The position numbers and the translations under genes were made by a program. A DNA stretch of 64,000 bases from Mobula hypostoma (lineage: Eukaryota): the NCBI RefSeq assembly GCF_963921235.1, contig NC_086097.1, positions 26,166,001 to 26,230,000 of the forward strand. The letters run 5' to 3'. Positions 36,437 to 49,853 of this stretch are shown here, piece after piece. Under the pieces are notes generated by a model. That model saw only the letters and a program-made list of their open reading frames with translations, had not been told where the DNA came from and did no database searches. How positions within the stretch are numbered: position 1 is the stretch's first letter; every line of letters begins with the position of its first letter.

Positions 36437-37382
36437 AGACTATAGGACATAGGAACAGAATCAGGCCATTCAGCCCATTGACTCTGCTCCGCTATTCCAT
36501 CATGGTTGATCCTAGATCTGACTCAACCCCATACAGCTGCCTTCTCACCATATCCTTTGATGCCCTGACCAATCAGGAAAAGATCAACTTCCGCCTTAAA
36601 TATATGCACAGTCTCCACCGCAGTCTATGGCAGAACATTCCACAGATTGAATACGCTCTGGCTAAAAAATTCCTCCTTACCTCTGTTCTGAAGGGTTGCC
36701 CCTCAATTCCGAAGCTGTGCCCTCTAGTTCGGGATACCCCTACCATAGGAAATATCCTCTCCACACCCACCCTGTCTAGTCCTTTCAACATTCGGTAGGT
36801 TTCAATGAGATCCCCCTGCATTCTTCTAAATTCCAGTGAGTACAGGACTAAAGCTGTTAAACGCTTCTCAAATGGTAACTCCTTCATTCCTGAAATCATT
36901 CGTGAACTTTCTCTGGACTCTCTCCAATGAAAACATCCCTTCTGAGATTTGGGGCCCAAAACTGTTGACAGTATTGCAAATGCAGCCTGACTAGTGTCTT
37001 ATAAAGGCTCAGCATTATCTCCTTGCTTTTATATTCTACTCCCCTTGAAATAAATGCCAACATTGCATTTGCCTTCTTTACCACAGACTCAACCTATAAA
37101 TTAACCTTCTGGGAGCCTTGCATGAAGACTTTTAAATCCCTCTGCACCTCTGATGTTTGAATCTTCTCCCCATTTAGATAATTGTTTCTTTTACCAAAAT
37201 GTATTATCATACATTTCCCAACGCTGTAGTCCATCTGCCACTTTATTGACCATTCTTCCAATTTGTCTAAGTCCTGCTGCAACCATTTTGCTTCCTCTGT
37301 ATTACCTCTACTTATCTTTGTATCATCTGCAAACTTTGCCGCAAAGCCATCAATTCCATGATCCAAATCATTGACAAACAAT
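36437..37382 (-). mobile_element. CR1 LINE, 5'-truncated, inserted in the PLE
   Basis: KFADDTKI, KKANAMLAFISRG and GDLIETYRMLKG peptides; CR1 3' UTR and tail. Confidence 0.9.
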
Positions 37383-37599
37383 AAGTGAAGTCAGGTGCGT
37401 GAGGGAAGGGGGTTGAAGTAAGGACCTGGGAGTTGATAGGTGGAAAAGGTAAAGGGCTGGAGAAGAATGAATCTGATAAGAGAAGAAAGTGGACTTTGGG
37501 AAAAGGGGAAGGAAGAGGGGCACCAGGGAAAGGTGAGGAGAAGAGGTAAGAGGGAGGCCAAACTGGATAATTGAAGAAGAGGGAGGGAAAATTTACTGG

Positions 37600-39390
37600 A
37601 AATTGGAGAAATCGATGTTCATGCCTTCAGGTTGAAGACTACCTAGATGGATTATGAGGTGTTGCACTTCCAACCTGAGAGTGGCCTCATTGTGGCAGAA
37701 GAGGAGGCAATGGACTGACATGTTGGAATGGGAATAGAGATTGGACTTAAAATGGACCGAAAGTGCTCAACAAGTCAGTCCCCCGATCTATGTCAGGTCT
37801 CAGCAATGAAGAGTAGGCTACGTTGGGAGCATTGGACCCCAATAGATTTACAGGTTATGTGTTGCCTCACCTGGAAGGATTGTTTGAGGCCTTGAATGGT
37901 GGTAAGTGAGGAGATGAATGGGCATGTGTAGCACTTCTTCCGCTTGCAGGGATAAGAGCCAGGAGAGAGACTAGTGGGGAGGGACGAATAATCAATGGAT
38001 CACAGAAGGAGCAATTCCAGTGGGAAGTGGAGAGTGGGTGGAGGTAAAGATGTGTCTGGTGGTAGGGTCCCATTAAAGATGGTGTAAGCTGCAGAGAATG
38101 ATGTGTTGGATGAGGAGGCTCAGGGGTGGTACATAAGGACAAGAGAAACTCTCTCCCTATTAAGGTGGCAGGAAGATGGGGTGAGCATGGATGTTCAGGA
38201 AATGGAGGAGATGCAGGTGAGGGCAGTATCAGTAGTGGAGGAAGGGAAACCCCATTGTTTGAAGAAAAAGGATACCTCTGATGTGCTGGAGAGGGAAAAC
38301 ACATCCTGGGAACAGATGCGGCAGAGACGAAGGAATTGAGAAAAGAGATAGCATTTTTACAGGAGACAGGATGGGAAGAAGCATTGTCAAGATAGGCGTA
38401 GGTATCAGTAGGTTTACACGAGATGACAGTAGACGGTTTTTCTCCAGATATGGAGATAGAGATATCAAGAAAGAGGAGGGAGATGTCAGAAATGGACCTA
38501 GTGAATTTAAGGGCTGGGTGGAAGTTGGAGGCAAAGTTGATGAAATTGATGAACTCAGCATAAAGCAGCACTAATGCAGTTAGCAATGTAGTGCAGAAAG
38601 AGTTGGTGAGCACTACCTGAGAAGGTTTGGAAAAAGCAACATAGCCAATGAAAAGGCAGGCATAGCTGGGGCCCAGGTGGGTGCCCATGGCTATACCTTG
38701 AGTTTGGGGAAAGTGGGAGGAGCTGAAAGAGAAACTGTTGCGGTGTGAGGCCCAGTTCTGCCAGATGGAGGAGGATGGTGGAAGGGAACTGGTCAGAGTC
38801 TGTTGTTGAGAAAGAAGAGAGAGCTTTCAGGCCTTCTTGATAGGGGATAGGAGTGTATAAGTTATCCATGGTGAAAATGAAGTGATTGGGGCAAATGAAT
38901 TGGAAGTTGTTGAGGAGATTGCGAGCATGTGAAGTGTTGTGGGCCTACCTAGACAGTCAGGTTTGTAGGAGGTAGAAATGAGCAGTGCAGAATTAGGGAA
39001 CTGGTGGCAGTGGATGAGAGAACTACGGGGGTGATGGTGCAGAAAACAATGGCCTGATGGTCCTAAGGGAGGTGCCTGAGAGTTGCCGCCTGGCCTCAGC
39101 AAGGTAGACATCAGTCTGCCAGACTACAACAACACCCTCTTTGCAGGTTTGATGGTGAGGTTGGGATTGGTGTGGAGAGAGTGGAAGGTAGCGTGTTCAG
39201 AGGGGGCAAGTTATGAAGAAGAGAGAGGAGTGCTGAAAATAAGTGGGGTGCCCAAAAAGAGGAGCAGGTTTGGAGATGAGAGAATAGGTCATTGATGCGG
39301 GGTGTGGAATCCTGGCCAAAGAAGTGGGCTTGGAGACAGATGCGATGGAAGAAGAGCTCAGTGTTGTAGCGGGCACGGAACTCACTGAGG
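37600..39390 (-). pseudogene. Penelope RT + GIY-YIG endonuclease remnant
   Basis: MGTHLGPSYACLFIGY, FASNFHPALKFT, FLDISISI, KPTDTYAYLD, LYTPIPYQEGL and ELFFHRICLQAHFF match PLE ORF motifs; heavily frameshifted. Confidence 0.85.
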
Positions 39391-39619
39391 TGAGCAAGCA
39401 ACATCTATGGCGAGGAACAAGTTAGTCAACATCTCATGCCGAGACCCTGCATTCGGAATGGAAAGGAAGGCAGCAGACCCCATGATACGTTCCTTATAGA
39501 TCTAAGATTGTCAGCAGATAATTGCAGTTTTAGAGATTTTAGAGACTGAAGGACTTGTTCATCAGAGATCAGATTTTTTTGGGTAATTGGCTCTAGAATA
39601 AAGAAACAATTATTGCGGA

Positions 39620-40475
39620 AGAGGCATCACAGGTAGCTAGGACAGCTAAAGGTCTTTAGGTAGCTAAAGACAGCTTCTGGCACATTAGTCTTCATAAATC
39701 TGAGTACTGAGTACAGGAATCGCAATGTTATGTTGAAGTTGTAGAAGACGTTGCTGAGGCCTAATTTGGAGTATTATGTGCAACGAAAACCAATTTCCCC
39801 TGGGATTAATAAAGTATGACTATGACTATGACTATGACTAATTCTGGTCACCTACCTACAGAAAAGATATAAATAAGACTGAAAAAGTGGAGAGAAAACT
39901 TACAAGGACTTGAGGACCTGAATAGTGGGGAAAGTGCGAATAGGTTAAGACTTTATTCCCTGAGGCACTGAAGAATGAGGGGAGATTTGATCATGGTATA
40001 TAAAATCATGAGTGTATGAGATATTGGTAAGGCCTATTTGGAGAATTGTTTGTAGCTCTGGTTACCCACCTACTAGAACAATATCAATAAGATTGAGAAA
40101 ACATACAAGGATGTTGCTGGGACTTGTGGACCTGCATTGACTGGGTTGACTAGGTTAGGACTATATTCCCTGGAGGATAGGAGAATGAGTGGATATTTGA
40201 TAAAGGTATATTAAATTTTGAGTGGTATAGATAGAGTAAATGCAAGCAGGCTTTTTCCACCGAGTTTGGGTGATACTACAACTCGAGGCCATAATTTAAG
40301 GGTGAAAGGTGAACTGTTTAGGGGGAACATGAGAGGAAACTTCTTCACTCAAAGGATGATAGGAGTGTGGAAAAAGCTACCAGCAAAAATAGTGGATGTG
40401 GATTCAATTTCAGCATTTAAGATAAATTAGATAAGATTAAGATGAGATGTGCTGTAGTGCTCTATGACTCTATGA
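39620..40475 (+). mobile_element. Degraded CR1 3' fragments with a 60-bp Rex1 tail insertion (39781-39840)
   Basis: GIDRVNASRLFP...NFFTQR peptide; the insertion matches 10873-10914 with a (TATGAC)n tail. Confidence 0.75.
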
Positions 40476-41085
40476 AGCCACTCTTGAAAGTTGTAGCCAG
40501 CTTTGCAAACTGTGAGGTTATCTACAGCTAGACTTGCAATGCGGGATGGCCAAAAGCAGAGAGTACATACAGTGACCTGCTAGACAAGAAACACAAAAAA
40601 AAGTTCAGCTGAGATAGGTTAGATGTTGCAAATATGTTGCAACATGAGGGAGAATGTTCTACACTAGGAAAAGAATGTGTGGCATGTGTTCTGGAAGAAC
40701 TTCTACTGTAACAGCGCATAACAGGGTTGCCAACTTTCTCACTCCCAAATAAGGGACAAAAGGTGACGTGCCGTGGTGGTGTGGGTATGGTGCAGGCCTG
40801 GGATGAAGTGACTGAGGGGGCTGGCAGCCAGCAGGTGGTAACAGGGACCTTTTTCAAAAAAGAGAGAGAGAGAAAAAAAACACAACCCTAAATAGGTAAA
40901 CAAATCCAATATATGAACCATGTATACATATCTTCAGTGTTATATATGAAATGTAACACCAAATTATAACACAGCATAATCTACCAGTCAGACATGAAAT
41001 AACACCAAATAACCCTATCTGTATGTGCCTATAGAGTAGACATATAATCACTGCAAAAGAGGAAAAGAGGGGGCACTCACCAAGT

Positions 41086-42588
41086 CTACTTTTTCCATGG
41101 ATATTTCTTGCTGCTCTTGTCTGATTCAAGCAGTCCTTTGTCTTTTTGCACAGCCAGAGAGAAGTCCTTACACGACAAGTCACAGTTCACAGATATTTGA
41201 AGTTCATTTTTGATCAGCTATGTGCTGCATCTGTTTCTTGAGTCTGACCATTTCATGGTCATCAGACAGAAGATCCTCCCTACAAAGGCATTTGAGCCTG
41301 GCACACTGAGGACAAATGAGACAATCCTGAACATGTTGATCAAGTTGGCTTTCCCTGTGTTTTGGAAAACTGCCACCCACTTCTCACTGGTGGATTTTGT
41401 GGTATCCTGTCTAGCTTTCTGTATTTCCTCCCAGCTAGCACAAAACTCTTCATAGAGTTGGTCCATATTGACTGTCTCTGGCATTTTGGGGGGGCAGCCA
41501 CCACCTGCTCAAGGTCAGTGAAGGAGAGCTCCTCATAGAGGCCGATTGGTTTCAGTTTCATCATTACGGTTTCTGGTGAGAAATCAAACCACTTGTCAGT
41601 GTATGTAATGACAGAGTCATAGAACTTCACAAAGTCCTGTTGCTGCTTGGACCTTTGTGCTGGCACTTGTTTGTCCGTCACCTGCTTAGTCTGGTATCCA
41701 AAAAAACTGTCCTGTTTTTGCTGAAGCATCTTCATTTTGAACTTTCGGACTTCCTCATAAACATCTGTGATGCAGAGCTTTGTTTCCTCCAGCTGTTTTA
41801 CGAGTTGGTCAAAAACACACCCCACGTTGTGGAAAAAGCACAGACGAATTTCAGTAGCTCCAGTTTGTTCTTCATCCTCAAAAATCCTCTTCAGTGCCAC
41901 AGGACAGGTCTCAAAGGGACCTGAAGTATGACGTAAGAGCTGGCCAGCTCTGCAGGAGAAGTTCGACAGCTGGATGAAGAGAGAGCCATCGTGTGCAAAC
42001 ATGACGCAGAATTTCATGCCACTCAATGTCAACAAAGGCAAAAAATGAACACAGTTCCTCCCTTCGGGAGGCAAATATTAAGAAGTGGCTGTAGACCTTT
42101 AGAACAATTGTCTCAATATCCATTGACAGCTGATCACAGGCGTGCTTGCAGGCGTTGTGAGCTATGTGAGCTGGGCAATTAGCTTTCAGAATGTGATTGT
42201 TGGCACTGCTCAATAACTGGTAAACTGAGTAGGGTTTTCCAAAGTTTACATTGGCATTATCTGCTGCATAGGCTGTGAGGTGTCTAATATCCAGTTCATA
42301 CTTTTCCAGACAATTCATCAGAGCTTGATGTTTGCCATTTGCAGTTTCATCACTGTCTTCATAAAAGTCAAGTAACTTACACTGTACTCCATCAGACACG
42401 GAGAAATATCTCACGCACACTGGAAACATTTTTCTCTCCCTTGTTTGAGGCATCGGTGGCAACTGCGAAATACACGGGCTCCGCGAGCTCACCTTCTCCT
42501 GTCGGGCTGACGGGCTTAACCCACGTCTTTTTGCTTCCCATTGCTTGTTAAAGCTGCACAATCTTTTCTTTTTTGCAGGTTTATCCAT
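41086..42588 (-). pseudogene. hAT transposase (frameshifted, internally deleted)
   Basis: MDKPAKKKR start; AYAADNANVNFG; NCPAHIAHN (CxxH); CTRWLS; VPGSNAFVGRIF C-terminal motif; spread over three reading frames. Confidence 0.88.
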
Positions 42589-42814
42589 ATTTGCATATGC
42601 CAAACCGACCGAACAACACCAGACATTACTGAAACTTTTTGGTTTGGCAGGAATTGGCAAAATGTAGCACAGAACTGATGTGCATAAGGGGACCTCTGAT
42701 TGTATGACAGGTGAATCACTCATGCATGGCATCAACAGCACATGCAACATGCACGCACGCCGTTGCATCAGATCTGGGACCTGTCTGTAAGCACGCCTTC
42801 TGGTGATTACAGAG

Positions 42815-43260
42815 TAGTAGGTAGATAGACAGATAGATATACTTTATTAATCCCAAGGGAAATTTGGTTTCGTTACAGCTGCACCAACCAAGAATAGAGC
42901 GTAAATATAGCAATACAAAAACCACCAACAATCAAACAACAAAATGCAAACTATGCCAGATGGAAAATAAGTCCAGGACCAGTCTATTGGCTCAAGGTGT
43001 CTGACCCTCTATGGGAGGAGCTGCACGTTCGATGGCCACAGGCAGGAACAACCTCCCGTGCCGCCAAGTGTTGTATCACGGTGGAATGTGGCCGAAGTCC
43101 AACAGTAAAAAGTTCAATATCCAGTCTGCAAACACGTTCCTCGATCGTAATATGTCCCGGATTGCACCATCTGTTGTTAACCAGATCAGTAAGCACCCAA
43201 CTCCTTTACGCTTACCGCTCTCAGTGCACTTCCGGTGGTATTACCCACCGAACTCCTCTT
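42815..43260 (-). mobile_element. Internally deleted Rex1 fragment (EN piece fused to 3' end) inside the hAT
   Basis: VNNRWCNPGHITIEERVC..DIELFTVGLRP runs straight into ...GSDTLSQ*, then a 3' UTR like 10770-10910 and a (TATC)n tail. Confidence 0.75.
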
Positions 43261-43976
43261 TTCCATAAGTCTCTGTTGTCTCGACCTGGTCCTCTTTCCT
43301 TGCAGTCAAATATGGGACAAGGGCGGTCCCGTATGGGACAAAAAAATTTAGCCCAATATACGGGATGTCCCCCGAATATGGGACAGTTGGCAACCCTAGC
43401 GCATAATGAAGATGATGTTCAAAGGCCAAGGAATGATGAGATAATATGTATAGGAACAAGGACAGGATCAGACTACCAGTTGAACACAATCTATTCCAGT
43501 GTCATAAAGGTCAACTTAATTTAAAGAAGGCCCTTACACATAGCAGTGAGAATTGAAGCCTGATTGCTGGTGCAGTAAAGTATCACAACAACCACAACGC
43601 TACCATGCTGCCCATGTTTCATTATGTGTTGTCCACAAACTCACTTTCATGGCAGGTAACTTTGTGCAGTCCTCTAAAGGTTTAGTAGTCTGATCACTTT
43701 GGTCTCTACAGAGAAGTAAAAAGGCAGAGAGTGTTGTGAGAGTGGATAGGAACTGCAGAGGGAGTTAAATCAGCAGCTGGGCCCTTTCCTGAGCATTGGA
43801 GCCTCCAGTGTTTACAACCCAAGGGCTGACAAATAGTACTGTGCACAGACTTATGAACAGCCAACTGGCAAGGAAGTCAACTCGCATCATCAGAGAGGCT
43901 AGTAGAACCAGAAACAAAAACACACAGAGACAACTGAAGATGCCATTGCATTGCCCCACCAGGAGTTGGAGACAAA

Positions 43977-44429
43977 AGGCTGATTTATACTGCTGCGTCA
44001 AATCGACACGATAGGTACAGTATTGCCGTGAGCCCCACACAGAGCCTATGCAGATCCCTACGCCGAAGCCTGACGCGCACCTCTCCCAAAATGTAACTAC
44101 GCGTCGCGGCAACGCAGACCGCAACAACTGGACAAGGGCAGGGAAAGAACTCTGGCTGCAATGCTTTCCATAAAGCTTTACAGACCTCCAAAATTATGGA
44201 GGACACATTTCGCTTTTACGAAAAAAGACGCTCGCTTTAAGCTTGTTTACCCCAAGAAAGACTACCATGACCATGAAGCCTTGCACGGGCAGGTGTGTGT
44301 GCATGCACAACATGCCCGAATTACAGAGCGACACAGACACACCAACGCACAAGTATAAATGCTCACAACGTGCGTAAGCCACTTGCGTAGGTTATGGCGT
44401 CCATTTGACGCAGAAGTATAAATTAGCCT
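43977..44429 (-). mobile_element. PIF/Harbinger non-autonomous element
   Basis: TIR AGGCTGATTTATACTGCTGCGTCAAAT / ATTTGACGCAGAAGTATAAATTAGCCT; 3-bp A-rich flanks; transposase remnant SSIILEVCKALWKALQPEFFPCP. Confidence 0.85.
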
Positions 44430-45748
44430 AAAGGATGAAGCCCATTTTAGAGCAGGTTGTATGAAGATTGGAGAAGGGTGTCTCAAGGTGGCACATCTCA
44501 TTGAGATCTTTATTTATTTTACCTCCTGTACCTCATAAAGTGCCAGTGAGTGTACGTTCATGCTGCCGTAGCCCAACCACTTCAAGATTCAATGTGTGGT
44601 GCATTCAGAGATGGTCTTCTGCAATCACTGTTGCAATGCATGGTTATTCGAGCATTTTGTGTGTGTCGCTCTGGATTTTCAGCAATGGCAGAATTTCTTG
44701 TCTTTATGATTTACTCAATGCATGTGCTTATATTTGTCTCTCTCAAACACATACCCTATCTCTCTTATATACCTAAAGCCATTTGGAAGAAATCTTTGTG
44801 GTCAGCCATAACATTTCCCTTAAAGTAGGTTTTAAAATAGATTGCAGACTTTATACCCCTTTTAAGGACAACTGACAATCAGGAAAGTTGTTTTGGTTTG
44901 ATCACTAATTAGATTTCAAGTGCGAGCTGAGTTCTTTCAAGGTAAAAACAATTGGTCTTTAAATAACAAAAGGTTTTGAAAGCAAATTGTCCAGCAAAAG
45001 TATGCATAGATCCATGAAGTATGACACTCTTCTCTGCTCCAGGTTTCCGGCACTTCCTCATGGACTTTTAACCCTCATTGTGTTGCTCTGAATTTGAGCA
45101 GAACTCTTTCCACAACAATAAAGACTGTCATTGTGTGGATAACTTGTCTTTCCTAAAGTTTTCCCCAAGGAAAACTATCTATGTCAATCAACTTCTGAAC
45201 ACAGTAGTTGCTCTTCAATCTGACTTCTGGAAATGGAAGCATTTGATCCACACAAAAGCAAAGTCATTTCAATGTCTGACAGGATAATTTATGATTGTTC
45301 CAAGTTTGGAAATGGTCATTCAGTTCCTTAGACCTTTTCCATCGTTCAATACCAAGCTGATTGCTTTGTATCTTCATTGAGGTCACCTTTGAACAGCCTA
45401 CCTCTGTTTTTAGTGTCACGCAATACAGAAAGAAGCCCTTCGGCCCAACTCATTTGTACTGATCTTCTTGAGCCAGTCCCATTTGTCTACATTTGGCCCA
45501 ATTCCCTCTAAATAGAACAGCACAGCACAATACTGGCCCTTCAGCCCACAATGTTATGCTGACCCTTTAATGTACTCTAAAATTAATCTAACCCTTTCCT
45601 CCCCATAACCCTCCATTTTTCTTTCATTTTCTTAAACGTCTTTTAAACATTGTAATTGTTCCCATCTCTAAAGCTTGTTCCATATACCCACCACCATCTG
45701 TGTGAAGAAGTTGCCTCTCAGATCTCTGTAAATCTTTCCCATCTTTTC

Positions 45749-48268
45749 ATAAGACAAAGGAGCAGAAGCCGGCCATTCGGCCCATCGAGTCTGCTCTGCC
45801 ATTTTATCATGAGCTGATCCATTCTCCCAGTTAGTCCCACTCCCCTGCCTTCTCACCATAACCTTTGATGCCCTGGCTACTCAGATACCTATCAATCTCT
45901 GCCTTAAATACACCCAATGATTTGGCCTCCACTGCCGCCCGTGGCAACAAATTCCATAGATTCACCACCCTCTGGCGAAAAAAATTTCTTCGCATCTCTG
46001 TTCTGAATGGGCGCCCTTCAATCCTTAAGTCATGCCCTCTCGTACTAGACTCCCCCATCATGGGAAACAACTTTGCCACATCCACTCCGTCCATGCCTTT
46101 CAACATTCAAAATGTTTCTATGAGGTCTCCCCTCATTCTTCCAAACTCCAAGGAATACAGTCCAAGAGCGGACAAACGTTCCTCATATGCTAACCCTCTC
46201 ATTCCCGGAATCATTCTAGTGAATCTTCTCTGTACCCTCTCCAACGTCAGCACATCCTTTCTTAAATAAGGAGACCAAAACTGCCCACAGTACTCCAAGT
46301 GAGGTCTCACCAGCGCCTTATAGAGCCTCAACATCACATCCCTGCTCCTAGACTCTATTCCTCTAGAAATGAATGCCAACATTGCATCCGCCTTCTTCAC
46401 TACCGACTCAACCTGGAGGATAACCTTAAGGGTATCCTGTACGAGGACTCCCAAGTCCCGTAGCATCTCAGAACTTTGAATTCTTTCCCCATTTAAATAA
46501 TAGTCTGCCCATTTATTTCTTCTGCCAAGGTGCATAACCATACACTTGCCAACACTGTATTTCATTTGCCACTTCTTTGCCCATTCTTCCAATCTATCCA
46601 AATCTCTCTGCAGACTCTCCATTTCCTCAGCACTACCGGCCCCTCCACCTATCTTCGTATCATCAGAATACTTAGCCACAAAACCATCTATTCCATAATC
46701 CAAATCGTTGATATACAATGTAAAAAGAAGCGGCCCCAACACGGACCCCTGTGGAACACCACTGGTAACCGGCAGCCAACCAGAATAAGATCCCTTTATT
46801 CCCACTCTCTGTTTCCTGCCAATCAGCCAACGCTCTATCCACGTATGTAACTTTCCCGTAATTCCATGGGCTCTTATCTTGTTAAGTAGCCTCATGTGTG
46901 GCACCTTGTCAAAGGCCTTCTGAAAATCCAAATATACAACATCCACTGCATCTCCCTTGTCTAGCCTACTGGTAATTTCCTCAAAAAATTGTAATAGGTT
47001 TGTCAGGCAGGATTTTCCTTTAAGGAATCCATGCTGAGTTCTGCCTATCTTGTCATATGCCTCCAGGTACTCTGTAACCTCATCCTTGACAATCAACTCC
47101 AACAACTTCCCAACCATCGAGGTCAAGCTAACAGGTCTATAATTTCCTTTTTGCTTCCTTGCCCCCTTCTTAAATAGCGGAGTGACATTTGCAATCTTCC
47201 AGTCCTCCGGAACCATACCAGAATCTATCGACTTTTGAAAGATCATTGCTAATGCCTCCGCAATCTCCACAGCTACTTCCTTCAAAACACGCAAGTGCAT
47301 TCCATCTGGTCCAGGAGATTTATCTAGCTTTAGACTATTCAGCTTCCTGAGTACTTTCTCTGTCGTAATTGTGACTGCGCACACTTCTCTTCCCTGCCAC
47401 CCTTGAGTGTCCGGTATACTGCTGATGTCTTCCTCAGTGAAGATTGATGCAAAATACTTGTTCAGTTCCTCTGCCATCTCCTTATCTCCCATTACAATTT
47501 CTCCAATATTATTTTCTATTGGTCCTATATCTACTCTCATCTGTCTTTTACTCTTTATATACTTGAAAAAGCTTTTAGTATCCTCTTTGATATTTTTTGC
47601 TAGCTTCCTTTCATAATTAATCTTTACCCTCTTAATGACCTTCTTAGTTTCCTTTTGTAAGGTTTTAAAAACTTCCCAATCCTCTGTCTTCCCACTAATT
47701 TTTGTTTCCTTATATGCCCTCTCCTTTGCTTTAACTTTGGCTTTGCTTGTCAACCACGATTGTATCCTTTTTCCAATCGAAAATTTCTTCTTTTTTGGAA
47801 TATACCTGTCCTCCACCTTCCTCACTTCTCGCATAAACTCCAGCCACTGCTGCTCTGCCGTCTTTCCTGCCAGTGTCCCTTTCCAGTCAACTTTGGCCAG
47901 TTCCTCTCTCATGCCACTATAATTTCCTTTACTCCACTGAAATACCGACACATCAGATTTCGGCTTCTCTTTCTCAAATTTCACAGTGAACTCAATCATG
48001 TTATGATCACTGTCTCCTAAGGGTTCCTTCACCTCAATCTCTCTAATCACCTCCGGTTCATTACACAATACCCAATCCAGTACAGCCGATCCCCTAGTGG
48101 GCTCAACAACAAGCTGTTCTAAAAAGCCATCTCGCAGACATTCTACAAATTCTCTCTCTTGAGATCCAGTGCCGACCTGATTTTCCCAATCCACTCGCAT
48201 GTTAAAATCCCCCACAATTATCATAACACTGCCGTTCTGACAAGCCTTCTCTATTTCCTGTTGTAATC
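45749..48268 (-). mobile_element. Young 5'-truncated CR1 LINE inserted in an older CR1 3' end
   Basis: Long open EN-RT frame, 3' UTR and TCTTATG tail; older CR1 tail pieces at 45420-45745 and 48269-48440. Confidence 0.93.
45831..48268 (-). pseudogene. CR1 ORF2 (partial EN + complete RT), one stop near the C-terminus
   Basis: VGDFN, GDSDHNMI, QHGFLKGKSCLTNL, QKAFDKV, GVPQGSVLGP, KYSDDTK. Open from 48268 to 46107, then continues in frame as ORF 45831-46106. Confidence 0.9.
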
Positions 48269-48444
48269 TCTCCTTAAACTTATGCCCTCTAGGTTCAGAT
48301 TTAATTACCCTGGGAAAATTATCTTGTCCACCCACTTTATCTGTGCACCTAATTATCTTATGAACCTCCACAAGGTAACACTTTAACTTCTTTTGCTCCT
48401 GGGAGAACAGCCCCAGCATGTCCAATCTCATTATAACTCAAGCC

Positions 48445-48690
48445 AACCAGTTATGGCTGGCAAGTGTTGTTCGGTTCCAGCTGCTCACTGTAAGATGCTG
48501 TACATTCTCCCTGTGACCATGTGGGTTTCCTATTACATTCCAAAGATGTACAGTTTAGGGTTAGTTAGTTGTGGGCCTGCCATGATGGCACCAGAAACTT
48601 GCTGCTGCCCCCAGCATAATGCTCAGCCTGTGATGGATGCTGACACAAACAATGCACTTCACTGTGTGTTTCGATGCTTCAATGTAAATG
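48445..48690 (+). mobile_element. V-SINE-like SINE (degraded)
   Basis: TGTAAG...TGTACATTCTCCCTGTGACCATGTGGGTTTCC...ACATTCCAAAGATGTAC core. Confidence 0.65.
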
Positions 48691-48695
48691 TTCAG

Positions 48696-48886
48696 TGCTG
48701 GAGGAACTCAGCAGCTCAGGCAGCATCTATGAAAGTGAACAAACTGTCGGCAGTTGATGAAGGGTCCTGGCCCAATACTTAAACTGTTTATTCCCTTCCA
48801 CAGATGCTGCCTGACATGCTGAGCTCCTCCAGCATTTTGTGTGTGTTACTCTAGATGTCCAGCATCTGCAGAATTTCTTGTGTTTA
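48696..48886. mobile_element. Inverted Penelope terminal-repeat unit with degraded hammerhead
   Basis: TGCTGGAGGAACTCAGCA...GCAGCATCT arm faces AGATGCTGCC...GCTCCTCCAGCA arm; TTGATGAAGGGTCCTGGCCCAATA is a mutated core. Confidence 0.7.
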
Positions 48887-49699
48887 TGATTCTGGATTAC
48901 AAGTCTATAAGACACGGGAGCAGAATTAAGCCATTTGGCCCATCAAGTCTGCTCCGCCACTCCATTATGGCCGATCCATCATCCCTCTCAAACCCATTCC
49001 TATGCTGCTCCCTGTAACCTTTGACAGCCTGATTAATCAAGAGCCTATCAACCTTGCACTTTAAATATACCCAATCACTTGGCTTCCATAACTGTCTGTG
49101 GCAATTAATTTCACAGATTCCCCACCCTCTCTCTGGCTAAAGAAATTCTTCCTCATCTCTGTTTCAGATGGTCCTTCATTTCTAAGGCTGTGCCTTCCGG
49201 TCCTAGACCCCGCCCCCATAGGAAACATCCTCTCCACGTCCATTCTATACAGGCCTTTCAATATTTGATAGGTTTCAGTGAGATCCCCCACTCCTCCCCA
49301 TCTTGTGTCCATATTCTCAATCCTGATGCCCCCATCAGTGGAAAGAGTTTTTCTCTTTCCTTCATACTAAATCTTCCCTAACTCTAAACACCTCCATCAT
49401 GTTCAAGTCCTAAACTTCCGTGGAGACACATGAGACGGCGGGAAGTTGGTGCAAAGGTAGCACCAACTCCAAAGAGGGCAGAAGGTGAAACGTGGAGGAA
49501 CACACAATCTGCTGGAGGAACCCAACAGACTGAGCAGAACGTGTGGGAGGAAAGAAAGTGATGACCTTTCGGGTCAAATTTCTAAGCTGAGGAAAATAGA
49601 AGGATGTCACATAAGTTAATCCTTTTAACCATCATATCATTGGTAATCCTGCACTGCACCTTTACTTGAGCTATGGTACCCAGAGATGAACACTGGTAT

Positions 49700-49813
49700 T
49701 CAGAATCAGATTCAGGTTTAACTTAATGGTGGCAGTACAATGCAGTACATGGTAAAAAAAAAACTGAATTACTGTAAGTAAATATATACATATATATATA
49801 TACACGCACACAT

Positions 49814-49853
<40 letters not shown>

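Larger units (their letters stand above)
36190..39480 (-). mobile_element. Penelope-like element (PLE) with terminal repeats, interrupted by CR1
   Basis: RT and GIY-YIG-like remnants between a 3' terminal repeat (36190-36430) and a partial 5' repeat (39400-39480), both homologous to the hammerhead repeats elsewhere. Confidence 0.85.
40722..43398 (-). mobile_element. Complete hAT DNA transposon with perfect 8-bp TSD
   Basis: TIR CAGGGTTGCCAACT / AGTTGGCAACCCTA; GCGCATAA at 40714-40721 and 43399-43406; subterminal ATATGGGAC repeats. Confidence 0.93.

Noticed and set aside
45025..45290. Acceptor-like site and 69-aa ORF in unique DNA
   Set aside because: No recognisable homology and no donor site.
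46107..48431. 774-aa ORF as an intact novel RT gene
   Set aside because: The first ~53 aa come from an older CR1 tail that happens to be in frame with a 5'-truncated CR1; the EN N-terminus is missing.
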